Virus record (IMG/VR): IMGVR_UViG_3300012921_000011
Coordinates: 1 to 25,244 of that record
From: a virus
Taxonomy: Duplodnaviria; Caudoviricetes
Direction: 5' to 3' (one strand)
Length of the DNA: 25,244 nt
Shown here: one piece after another, positions 1 to 7,871 of the stretch
How positions within the stretch are numbered: position 1 is the stretch's first letter
How the letters are laid out: each line of letters begins with the position of its first letter
Made by a program: the position numbers and the translations under genes
The notes under the pieces: model-generated
Databases searched by the model: none
The model's input: only the letters and a program-made list of their open reading frames with translations
What the model was told of the DNA's origin: nothing

Positions 1-501
1 AGCGGGCCGCATCAGGGCGGTGACTTCGGCTTCGCGCAGGACCCCACGGCGGCGATCCGCTGCTGGATACAGGACGACACGCTCTACATCAGCCATGAGG
101 CGGGCAGGGTTCAGCTAGAGCTGGACGACACGCCAGACTTCGTGTGCCGAGCCATTCCCGGCTTTGCCGACTACACGACCCGCTGGGACAGCTCCAGGCC
201 CGAAAGCATCAGCCACCTGCAGCGCCACGGACTGCCGAAGTCTACGGCGGTCAGCAAGTGGCCCGGCAGCGTGGAAGACGACATCGCCTTCCTCCGCTCG
301 TTCAAGCGCATCGTGGTTCACCCGCGTTGCGTCGAGACCACCAAGGAACTGCGTCTGTATAGCCACAAGGTCGACCGCCTCTCCGGCGACGTCCTGCCCG
401 GCATTGTGGACGCGCATAACCATTACCTGGACGCCCTTCGTTACGCCGTTGGCCCGCTGATCAAGCGCCGCGACGCCGAAGTCCGCATCATGAGACGATA
501 G
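1..501 (+). CDS. terL: Terminase large subunit, PBSX/Terminase_3 type, C-terminal nuclease domain (5'-truncated by window)
   Basis: Frame 1 is open from base 1: SGPHQGGDFGFAQDPTAAIRCW...DSSRPESISHL...KWPGSVED...VHPRC...DAHNHYLDALRYA. The GxDFGF-DP and NH-DALRYA motifs are typical of the RNase H-like terminase nuclease. It lies directly upstream of the portal. Confidence 0.93.
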   Translation, partial: SGPHQGGDFGFAQDPTAAIRCWIQDDTLYISHEAGRVQLELDDTPDFVCRAIPGFADYTTRWDSSRPESISHLQRHGLPKSTAVSKWPGSVEDDIAFLRSFKRIVVHPRCVETTKELRLYSHKVDRLSGDVLPGIVDAHNHYLDALRYAVGPLIKRRDAEVRIMRR

Positions 502-512
502 GAGGCCTGCCA

Positions 513-1973
513 TTGGCCGCAGCCGTTAACGACAGATCGGCTGCCGTCTCTGAGATGGCGCAGGACTGGGATATGCTCGAGGCCCTGATGTCGGGCACGC
601 GGGCCATGCGAGCGCGTGGGGAAACCTACCTCCCGCGCTGGACCCTTGAGCATCCCAACGACCACGTTGCGCGCCTCGCCGTCGCCACGCTGTTCCCTGC
701 CTACCAGCGCACCGTCTCGGTCATGGTGGGCAAGCCGTTCGCCAAGGCCCTGGTGCTGAGCGACGACACCCCGCCGGAGATCGAAGCGTGGGCCGAGGAC
801 ATCGACCTTGAGGGCGTGAGCCTTCATGTATTCGCCGCCGAGATGTTCGCTGAGACCTTCTACGGTCTGGCCGGTATTCTCGTTGAGGCCCCGAAGGCTG
901 TTGAGCCCAAGGGCGGGATGGTCACGAAGGCCGACCAGATCCAAGCCGGTGTTCGCCCCTACTTCGTCCGCGTCCTGCACAACCAGCTTCTGGGCTGGCG
1001 CGTCGAGAAGGTGAACGGCAAGGCCAAGCTGATGCAGCTTCGCCTGAAGGAGTCGGCCACGGTTCCCGATGGGGACTTCGGCGAGGTGGAGGTTGAGCGC
1101 GTCCGCGTTCTGACTCCGGGCGCCTATGAGGTCTGGCAGAAGCAGGCCAATGCCGAGACGGGCAAGGACGACTGGAAGAGCGTCGAGAAGGGCACTACCG
1201 GCCTGACGGAAATCCCGTTCGTCCCGCTCTACGGTCGCCGCAAGGGCTTCATGTGCGGTCACCCGCCGTTGCTCGACCTCGCCTTCCTGAACGTGAAGCA
1301 CTGGCAGGAACAGAGCGACCAAGACGACGGCGTCATGTACGCTCGCAAGCGCCTGGTCGCCATCATCGGGGATCAGGACAAGGCCGATCTGGTCGCCAGC
1401 TCGTCGGCTGTCGTTCACCTCCCCGTTGGCGGTGACATCAAGATCGCGCAGGGCTCTGCCGAGAACGTCAAGATCGGCATTGACAGCCTGCAGGCCCTCG
1501 AGGATCAGATGATCCAGGCCGGCGCGGAATTGCTGGTGAAGAAGCCGGGCTCGCGCACTGCCACGGAGTCGGCCAACGATGCCGAGGGCAACAAGTCCGA
1601 CCTGCAGCGCCTCGTCGAGAATTTCGAGGACAGCCTCGATCAAGCGCTCTGGTTCATGGCGCAGTACGGCAGCCTGAAGAGCGCGGGCAACGTCTCGCTG
1701 TTCAAGGACTTCGGCGCTTCCTCGCTGTCGCAAGCCTCTGGCCAGCTTGTCATGTCCATGCGCGGCGAGGGCCTGATCAGCGATGAGACGGCCATTGCGG
1801 AGATGAAGCGCCGGGGAGAGTTGTCGGCTGACGTGGAAGCGGACGAAGAGGCCGAGAAGATCGCCTCGCAGCCCCCCGCGCTGGGCGCCATCCCGCCGAT
1901 GGATCCGAACCCGGACCCTGCCGAAGACCCGCCCGTTGATCCGAACGACCCGGCGACTGACGCGAACGACTGA
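513..1973 (+). CDS. Portal protein (DUF4055-like)
   Basis: 486 aa following terL, TTG start with GGAGG at 501-505. Motifs GT-AMRA-GE-YLP, IPFVPLYG and PPLLDLA-LNVKHWQ-QSD are characteristic of DUF4055 portals. Confidence 0.88.
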   Translation: MAAAVNDRSAAVSEMAQDWDMLEALMSGTRAMRARGETYLPRWTLEHPNDHVARLAVATLFPAYQRTVSVMVGKPFAKALVLSDDTPPEIEAWAEDIDLEGVSLHVFAAEMFAETFYGLAGILVEAPKAVEPKGGMVTKADQIQAGVRPYFVRVLHNQLLGWRVEKVNGKAKLMQLRLKESATVPDGDFGEVEVERVRVLTPGAYEVWQKQANAETGKDDWKSVEKGTTGLTEIPFVPLYGRRKGFMCGHPPLLDLAFLNVKHWQEQSDQDDGVMYARKRLVAIIGDQDKADLVASSSAVVHLPVGGDIKIAQGSAENVKIGIDSLQALEDQMIQAGAELLVKKPGSRTATESANDAEGNKSDLQRLVENFEDSLDQALWFMAQYGSLKSAGNVSLFKDFGASSLSQASGQLVMSMRGEGLISDETAIAEMKRRGELSADVEADEEAEKIASQPPALGAIPPMDPNPDPAEDPPVDPNDPATDAND

Positions 1974-1975
1974 CG

Positions 1976-3097
1976 ATGGCTCAGTCCGTCAACGAGCGCC
2001 TTCTCCATGAAGCGGTCGCGCACAGCATCGACCTCAGCCGCTTTTCCAACGGCGTCATCCGTCGACTGATCGGCATTCTCAACGCGACCGACGATAGCCT
2101 CATGGCTCAGTTGGTCGTTGCCCTGTCCCAGATCGAGCCCAACCAGTTCCGCATTGACCGGCTCGAAAGCCTCCTTGGTTCCGTTCGGGAGATCAACGCT
2201 TCCGCCTATCGCGCGGTGTTCAACGCCCTTGCCCCGGAGATGCGGGCGCTGGCGGGGTATGAGGCGGGCTATCAGATCGACCTGCTGGAGCATGTGCTGC
2301 CGGCGGAAGTGCAGGCCCGGTTTATCCTGGCTCGCATCAGCGTCGATCAGGTCTACGCCGCAGCCTACAGCCGACCGTTCCAAGGCGCGCTCCTCAAGGA
2401 CTGGGCCGCGAACGCCGAGGCCAACCGCCTGACCGCCCTTCGCAACTCGATCCGCACCGGATACGTCGAAGGCCGAACGACCGACCAGATCATCCGCGAC
2501 ATTCGCGGGACCAAGGCCAAGCAGTTCCGCGATGGCAAGCTGGACGGCTCACGCCGGGGTCTGGCGGCCATTGTGCAGACGGCGTTGAGCCACACCGCAG
2601 CGACCGCCCGAGATGAGAGCTACAAGGCCAACAGCGACATCATCAAGTCGGTCAGATGGACCGCGACCTTGGACCAGCGCACAAGCAAAACCTGCTCCAT
2701 TCGGGACGGGAAGCGATACAGTGCCGACGCCGAACACAAGCCGATAGGCCACAACCTGCCATGGCTGGGAGGGCCGGGCCGCGCACACTTCAATTGCAGG
2801 AGCGTCTCCTCGCCAGTCACGGCCAGCTTCCGAGAGTTGGGTCTGGATATTGACGAGATCAGCCCATCGACCCGCGCCAGCATGGACGGCCAAGTCCCCG
2901 CCGACCTCACCTATGGCGAGTGGCTCCGCAAACAGCCCGCCGCCCGTCAGGACGAGGTTGTGGGCGCCGAGCGTGGCAAGCTGATGCGATCCGGGGGCCT
3001 TGCCTTCGACGAGCTATACTCTCCGCGTGGCGACTACCTCACACTCGACCAGTTGCGCGCCAAGGATGCAGAGGCCTTCCGCAAGGCGGGGCTCTGA
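1976..3097 (+). CDS. Head morphogenesis / minor capsid protein (Mu gpF / SPP1 gp7 family)
   Basis: 373 aa with W-ATLD-RTS-TC-RDG and HFNCRS motifs and an RASMDGQVP..TY-EWL tail. Sits after the portal. Confidence 0.9.
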   Translation: MAQSVNERLLHEAVAHSIDLSRFSNGVIRRLIGILNATDDSLMAQLVVALSQIEPNQFRIDRLESLLGSVREINASAYRAVFNALAPEMRALAGYEAGYQIDLLEHVLPAEVQARFILARISVDQVYAAAYSRPFQGALLKDWAANAEANRLTALRNSIRTGYVEGRTTDQIIRDIRGTKAKQFRDGKLDGSRRGLAAIVQTALSHTAATARDESYKANSDIIKSVRWTATLDQRTSKTCSIRDGKRYSADAEHKPIGHNLPWLGGPGRAHFNCRSVSSPVTASFRELGLDIDEISPSTRASMDGQVPADLTYGEWLRKQPAARQDEVVGAERGKLMRSGGLAFDELYSPRGDYLTLDQLRAKDAEAFRKAGL

Positions 3098-3111
3098 GGT
3101 AGACATTAGGG

Positions 3112-3363
3112 GTGAAGGCCCCACCGCACCTACACGTCGTTCCCGACACTCCCGCACCAGACAGCCCCGCAAAGGCCGTCAGGAAGCGCCTACAGGCCCA
3201 CGACAAGCCCGCTGAGATGCTCTCCTGCCCCCGGTGTTCGGGCCGCTCCTTCGTGGAGACGGTGACCGGAGCCTTGAAGCGGCGAGGGCGCGTGTCGGGG
3301 GGAACCAAAGCCCTCGTCTGCGTCATGTGCCTGCTCAACGGCGAGCGCGTCGTAGCCACCTAG
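3112..3363 (+). CDS. Small Zn-ribbon protein (CPRC...CVMC), function unknown
   Basis: 83 aa, GTG start, two CxxC pairs, basic central segment. Fills the gap before a terminator. Confidence 0.7.
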   Translation: MKAPPHLHVVPDTPAPDSPAKAVRKRLQAHDKPAEMLSCPRCSGRSFVETVTGALKRRGRVSGGTKALVCVMCLLNGERVVAT

Positions 3364-3390
3364 CCTGACCGGCCCAATCTAACCTGTTCC

Positions 3391-3416
3391 AACCCGCCCT
3401 GACCCGGCGGGTTTTT
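3391..3416 (+). terminator. Rho-independent terminator
   Basis: AACCCGCC-ctgaccc-GGCGGGTT followed by TTTGCGTTT. Confidence 0.75.
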
Positions 3417-3430
3417 GCGTTTGGCCGTCT

Positions 3431-3487
3431 GCCTCGGAAGGGGCGCGGCGCATCGGGCGGGATCGCCCATCCACCGGGCGGATGCCC
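3431..3487 (+). promoter_or_regulatory. Three tandem GGA(A/U)-loop hairpins in the scaffold-gene leader
   Basis: GCCTC-GGAA-GGGGC (3431-3444), GGGCG-GGAT-CGCCC (3455-3468) and GGGC-GGAT-GCCC (3476-3487), ending at the AGAAAG SD. Confidence 0.55.
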
Positions 3488-3502
3488 AGAAAGACCACCA
3501 CC

Positions 3503-4261
3503 ATGGAATTGAAAGTCGTCACCATCGAGGGCGTGACCTATGCCGCCGTTCAGGACGGTAAGCCCGTCTATGTCGACGGAGCCCGCGAGATCGCCTTCGA
3601 CGCGGCCGGAACCCGCGACACCATCACCCGCCTGAACGGCGAGGCCAAGGGCCACCGGGAGGCCAAGGAAGCCGCTGAGGCCCGCCTTCGCACCTTCGAC
3701 GGCATCACCGACGCCGCCGCCGCCATGAAGGCGCTGGAGACGGTAGGCAAGCTCGACCAGAAGCAGCTCATCGACGCCGGCCAGGTCGACACCGTCAAGG
3801 CCGAGATCACCAAGGCCTATGAGGAGAAGCTCACCGCCGCTGAGGCCCGCGCCAAGGCGCTGGAAGAGAGCCTCTACGGCGAGAAGGTCGGCGGCTCCTT
3901 CGCCCGTTCGCAGTTCATCGCCGAGCGCCTCGCTATTCCCGCCGACTTCGCTGAGGCCCGCTTCGGCAAGAACTTCAAGGTGGTCGATGGCAAGGTCGTC
4001 GCCGTCGATGGCAACGGCAACCAGATTTACAGCCGCGCCAAGCCCGGCGAGCTGGCCAACTTCGACGAGGCCCTCGAGTTCCTGGTCGACGCCTATCCCC
4101 AGAAGGACCTGATCCTGAAGGGCGACATCAAAGCCGGGGGCGGGGCCAACCAGCCCGGCACGATCACCGGCAACAAGACCATGAAGCAAGCCGCCTTCGA
4201 CGCCCTGCCTCCCAAGGAGCGGGCCGCGAAGATGGCCGAGGGCTACACGCTCCAGCCGTAA
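3503..4261 (+). CDS. Capsid scaffolding protein (DUF6651-like)
   Basis: ATG 3503 follows an AGAAAG SD (preferred over 3482). Coiled-coil protein with DGKPVYV, LNGEAKGHRE, GGSFARS-FI and PGELA-FDEALE motifs. Directly upstream of the capsid. Confidence 0.85.
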   Translation: MELKVVTIEGVTYAAVQDGKPVYVDGAREIAFDAAGTRDTITRLNGEAKGHREAKEAAEARLRTFDGITDAAAAMKALETVGKLDQKQLIDAGQVDTVKAEITKAYEEKLTAAEARAKALEESLYGEKVGGSFARSQFIAERLAIPADFAEARFGKNFKVVDGKVVAVDGNGNQIYSRAKPGELANFDEALEFLVDAYPQKDLILKGDIKAGGGANQPGTITGNKTMKQAAFDALPPKERAAKMAEGYTLQP

Positions 4262-4281
4262 GGCAGGGCCGCATGACTACT

Positions 4282-4322
4282 GCCTAAGCCTGGATGGGCG
4301 AGGGCGCGCGGGTCGGAGACCC
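4282..4322 (+). promoter_or_regulatory. Two GGA-loop hairpins in the capsid-gene leader
   Basis: GCCT-GGAT-GGGC (4288-4299, extended by 4282-4285/4302-4305) and GGGTC-GGA-GACCC (4310-4322), followed by a C/A-rich unstructured spacer and AGAAAGG. Confidence 0.5.
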
Positions 4323-4380
4323 AAACCACCACCACCCCTGACCCCCACGTCATCACTCATCCAGAAAGGGCCTAAACCCC

Positions 4381-5511
4381 ATGGCCAACGTTTTCACCGC
4401 TCTCGCTCCCACCCTGTTCAGCGCCGCCAAGGAAGTGGCCAACGAGCCCTTCGGCGTCGTTGCGGCCATCAACACCGACTTCGACGACAAGGGCGTTGCC
4501 AAAGGCGACACCGTGACCGTCGATGTGGCCCCGACCCGCGCCGCGTCCGACTTCACCCCGAACAACATCGCCAGTTCCGGCACCGAAGCGACCGCCTCCG
4601 GCATCGGCGTCCAGATCACCAAGTCGCGTAAGGTGGACTGGAACCTGACCGGCGAGCAACAGCGCTCGCTCGAAAACGGCGGCATCTCGCAGGACTGGGT
4701 CAGCCAACTGATCAAGCAGGGGATGCGGACGCTCCGCAACGAAGCCGAGATCGACGCGGCTCTGGCCGTGAAGGTCGGTGCGTCCCGCGCCGTGGGCACC
4801 GCCGGCACCACGCCGTTCGCCTCCACCCTGGACCTGCTGGTCGATAGCCGGAAGGTGCTGCAGGACAACGGTTCGCCGATGGCCGACATGCAGTTCGTCG
4901 GCGACACCACGGCGGGCGCTGCCATGCGCAAGCTTGGCGTGATCCAGAACCACTACCAAGCCGGTTCGGATGAGGAGCGCCGCTCGGGCAACCTGCAGCG
5001 CCAGTTCGGGTTCATGCCGCGTGAAAGCGCCGGCATTGCCCTGCACACCAAGGGCACCGGCTCGGGCTACCTCGTCAACAACGGCGCGGGCTATGCCATC
5101 GGCGCCACGGCCATCACCGTGGACACCGGCACCGGCACGATCCTGGCCGGCGACGTGATCACCTTCACGGGTGACGCGAACAAGTACGTGGTCGCTTCGG
5201 CTCTGGCCTCCAACGTGGTGACCCTCGCCGCGCCGGGCCTGCGCCAAGCGGTGGCCGACAACATCGCGATCACGGTTGGCAACAACTACACCGCCAACCT
5301 GGCCTTTGAGCGGTCCTCGGTCGTGGGCGTTCTGCGTCCGCCGCTGATGCCCGCCAACCCGACCATCACCCAGCAACTGATCAGCGATCCGATGGGCATG
5401 ACCTACCTCATGCTCGACATCGCCCAGTACGGTCAGCGCAGCTGGGAGCTGCACCTCGCGTGGGGCTTCAAGACGGTCAACTCCGAGTTCTCGTCCATCG
5501 TCCTCGGCTAG
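4381..5511 (+). CDS. Major capsid protein (P22 coat protein-like, HK97 fold with insertion domain)
   Basis: 376 aa with strongly biased codons. MAN-T-L-PTL N-terminus, Q-MRTL-NE-E-D, a Gly/Thr-rich beta insertion (ILAGDVITFTG) and a DP-G...LAWG-K C-terminus. Confidence 0.88.
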   Translation: MANVFTALAPTLFSAAKEVANEPFGVVAAINTDFDDKGVAKGDTVTVDVAPTRAASDFTPNNIASSGTEATASGIGVQITKSRKVDWNLTGEQQRSLENGGISQDWVSQLIKQGMRTLRNEAEIDAALAVKVGASRAVGTAGTTPFASTLDLLVDSRKVLQDNGSPMADMQFVGDTTAGAAMRKLGVIQNHYQAGSDEERRSGNLQRQFGFMPRESAGIALHTKGTGSGYLVNNGAGYAIGATAITVDTGTGTILAGDVITFTGDANKYVVASALASNVVTLAAPGLRQAVADNIAITVGNNYTANLAFERSSVVGVLRPPLMPANPTITQQLISDPMGMTYLMLDIAQYGQRSWELHLAWGFKTVNSEFSSIVLG

Positions 5512-5526
5512 ACCAACCTGCACGAT

Positions 5527-5548
5527 GGGGGCGGCTTCGGTCGCCCCC
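5527..5548 (+). terminator. Strong cUUCGg hairpin after the capsid gene (weak terminator or mRNA-stabilising stem)
   Basis: GGGGGCGGC-TTCG-GTCGCCCCC. No clear U-tract. Confidence 0.5.
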
Positions 5549-5591
5549 TGACTGCTTCTCCATCCCCTGAAACAGTCTGAGGAGGCTACGC

Positions 5592-5927
5592 ATGTCCGAC
5601 ATCGAAACCATCCGGCTTGTCCGCGACGCCAAGGAATTTCCCGACAGCCATGAGGCTCTCGTCGATAGCGAGACCATCGGGACGTTCCTTGACGCCGGTT
5701 GGAAGCGCGCCGATCCGCTCGACCACGACGGCGACGGCAAGAAGGGCGGCGCAAAGCCGGGCCGTAAGGCCAAGGCCAGCCAAGACGAAGAGGCTGGCGA
5801 TCCGCCGCTGACCCGACGCGAGATCGAAGCCGACCTCACCGCCATGGGCGAAGACTTCGACCCCACCGCTGACCTCGCCGACCTGCGGAAGCAGCGCGAC
5901 GAAGCCCGCGCCGTTCTGGAAGGCTAA
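5592..5927 (+). CDS. Small head-associated protein with DxDxDG motif and HeH/LEM-like C-terminus
   Basis: GGAGG SD, 111 aa, immediately after the capsid. Contains DPLDHDGDGKKGG and a C-terminal LTRREIEADLTAMGEDFDPTADLADL helix-extended-helix pattern. Confidence 0.65.
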   Translation: MSDIETIRLVRDAKEFPDSHEALVDSETIGTFLDAGWKRADPLDHDGDGKKGGAKPGRKAKASQDEEAGDPPLTRREIEADLTAMGEDFDPTADLADLRKQRDEARAVLEG

Positions 5928-5930
5928 GAC

Positions 5931-6446
5931 ATGGCGCTTGTGACAGAGGATGGCTCGGGACGGGCTGACGCTGAGAGCCTGCTCTCTGTCTCCGACGCTC
6001 TGACCCACCACGCCAACCGTGGCAACGCGGCTTGGGCGCTGCTCTCCACCGCCGCTCAGGAGCAGGCGCTCCGCAAGGCCACAGACTACATCCAAGGCGT
6101 CTACGGCCTTCGCTGGGGCGGCTATCGGGTCTCCCAGACCCAAGCGCTGGATTGGCCCCGCTATCAGGTCGTGCGCCGCGACGTTCTGGCCTCCCATGTC
6201 GTCCAATATTGGCCGAGCAACGAAGTCCCCGCCGGAGTAAAGCGCGCCTGTGCCGAACTGGCCCTGCGCGCCTCTGCGGGCGACCTGAACCCGGACAACT
6301 CGCAGGCCATCAAGCGCGAGAAGGTCGGGCCTATTGAAACCGAATACCAGGATTACAGCAGCGCCGCCCCGTCCTACCCGGCGATCGACGCGGCCCTGAA
6401 GCCGTACCTCGCCACGGGCGGCAGCGCGAGGCTCGTTCGCGGGTGA
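5931..6446 (+). CDS. Head-tail adaptor (family often annotated DnaT-like ssDNA-binding protein)
   Basis: MAL-EDGSG-DAES, W-G-R-QALDWPR, P-VKRACAELA and KREKVGPIETEY motifs, plus position. Confidence 0.82.
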   Translation: MALVTEDGSGRADAESLLSVSDALTHHANRGNAAWALLSTAAQEQALRKATDYIQGVYGLRWGGYRVSQTQALDWPRYQVVRRDVLASHVVQYWPSNEVPAGVKRACAELALRASAGDLNPDNSQAIKREKVGPIETEYQDYSSAAPSYPAIDAALKPYLATGGSARLVRG

Positions 6447-6823
6447 CAGCCTTCTATGACCGCATGGTCCTTTCCTCGCATCGACAGATTAAGGCCAAGG
6501 GGCAAACGGTCACGCTTATCGAAAGCACGCCCGGCCAGTACGACACGGCCACGGGCGCGCCTGCTGCGGCGTCAACCGTAACCCAATACGGCTACGCGGT
6601 CGAAGAGAGCTACAGCTCCTTCAGCATCGACGGCACGCTGATCCAGATCGGCGACAAGAAGTTGATCCTGTCCCCGCGGAATACCGCAGACGGGCCGCTG
6701 ACCGCTCCGCAACGGGAGTCCACCGTCACGCTTGCTGATGCCTCGGTCTGGACGGTCAAGAAGTGCGACCCGACCAGCCCCGCCGGAACGCCAGTACTCT
6801 ACACCCTGCAGGTTCGCCAGTGA
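6443..6823 (+). CDS. Head closure / stopper protein
   Basis: 126 aa, GTGA overlap. PG-YD-TG, IDGTLIQ-GDKK and PAGT-VLY-LQVR motifs, plus synteny. Confidence 0.72.
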   Translation: MTAFYDRMVLSSHRQIKAKGQTVTLIESTPGQYDTATGAPAAASTVTQYGYAVEESYSSFSIDGTLIQIGDKKLILSPRNTADGPLTAPQRESTVTLADASVWTVKKCDPTSPAGTPVLYTLQVRQ

Positions 6824-7368
6824 GCGGCCCCCTTGAACTCGCCCTTGCGGCCTTCGCTGAGAAGGCGGGGAACCGAGCCAATGACGTGGTTCGCAAGGTC
6901 GTCATCGACGTAACGGCCAGCGTTGTGGACAAGAGCCCCGTTGGCAATCCCGACCTGTGGAAAGAGAACGAGGCGGCTAACTATGCCCGCGAAACCTACA
7001 ACCTTTTCGCCCCGCTAGTCGGAGCAAAGACCCTAACGGCCCGCACCCTTCGGAAGAAGTTCAAGAACCAGTCGGTCGGCGGCTACGCGGGCGGGCGGTT
7101 CCGGGCGAACTGGACAATGCAGGAGGCCTCGGTGGACGATACCACAACCGAGGCTATTGATGCGGGCGGGCAGGCGACGAAGGACCGGCTGGCGGCAGCA
7201 GTGCCAGACAAGGCGGCGGGCCGGGTCTACTTCATCGCCAACTCACTCCCCTACGCCCAGGCTCTCGAATACGGCCACTCGACGCAGGCGCCCGGCGGCA
7301 TGGTCGGGCTTACGGCGATTGAGTTTCAGGGCTTCGTTGACCGTGCAGTTGCGAGCCTCAGCCAATGA
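6820..7368 (+). CDS. Neck / tail completion protein (HK97 gp10 family)
   Basis: Likely start GTG 6820, overlapping the upstream TGA. SPVG...GGRFRANW and NSLPYA-LEYGHS-QAP-GMV motifs. Confidence 0.82.
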   Translation: MSGPLELALAAFAEKAGNRANDVVRKVVIDVTASVVDKSPVGNPDLWKENEAANYARETYNLFAPLVGAKTLTARTLRKKFKNQSVGGYAGGRFRANWTMQEASVDDTTTEAIDAGGQATKDRLAAAVPDKAAGRVYFIANSLPYAQALEYGHSTQAPGGMVGLTAIEFQGFVDRAVASLSQ

Positions 7369-7775
7369 GCATCATCAAGGTTCGCGCCGCGCTGGAAACG
7401 GCGATCAGCGGCATGGCGTCTCTCGCTCCGGCTTGGGAGAACGTGCCCTATTCGCCCGTCCCCGGCACGCCGTACCAGAAGATCAACCTTCTCCCTGCGC
7501 GCCCTGACAACCGCGAGAACGGGCCGAACTACACAGAGCAGGGCCTCCTGCAGTTCAGCCTCATGTATCCGCTCGAGGCGGGTAGCAGCCCGGCCATGAC
7601 GCGGGCCGAACTGATCCGCTCCACCTTTTACCGTGGTCGGTCCTTCACGTCGGGCGGGGTCACCACCCTGATCACCGACACCCCTGAGATCGGCCCCGCG
7701 ATGGTCGATGGCGACCGCTTCATGGTTCCCGTCCGCGTCCGCTGGCGCGCTCAAGTCACCGTTCAGTCGGCGTAA
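7365..7775 (+). CDS. Tail terminator protein (DUF4128-like)
   Basis: 136 aa, ATGA overlap. AWENV-Y-P-PY, G-Q-L-YP-G and F-RG motifs. Sits just before the tail tube. Confidence 0.75.
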   Translation: MSIIKVRAALETAISGMASLAPAWENVPYSPVPGTPYQKINLLPARPDNRENGPNYTEQGLLQFSLMYPLEAGSSPAMTRAELIRSTFYRGRSFTSGGVTTLITDTPEIGPAMVDGDRFMVPVRVRWRAQVTVQSA

Positions 7776-7788
7776 CCCGACGAAGCCC

Positions 7789-7838
7789 GACCGGCCTCCG
7801 GTCTCTCCCTAGCCCAGACCCTCGGCAGTTGAGCCGAG
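7789..7838 (+). promoter_or_regulatory. Two hairpins in the tail-tube gene leader
   Basis: GACCGG-cct-CCGGTC (7789-7803) and CTCGGC-agttga-GCCGAG (7821-7838), separated by C-rich spacers, upstream of an AGGAG SD. Confidence 0.35.
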
Positions 7839-7871
7839 CCCTCAAACTCCCAAGACAGGAGCGCCTTACCC

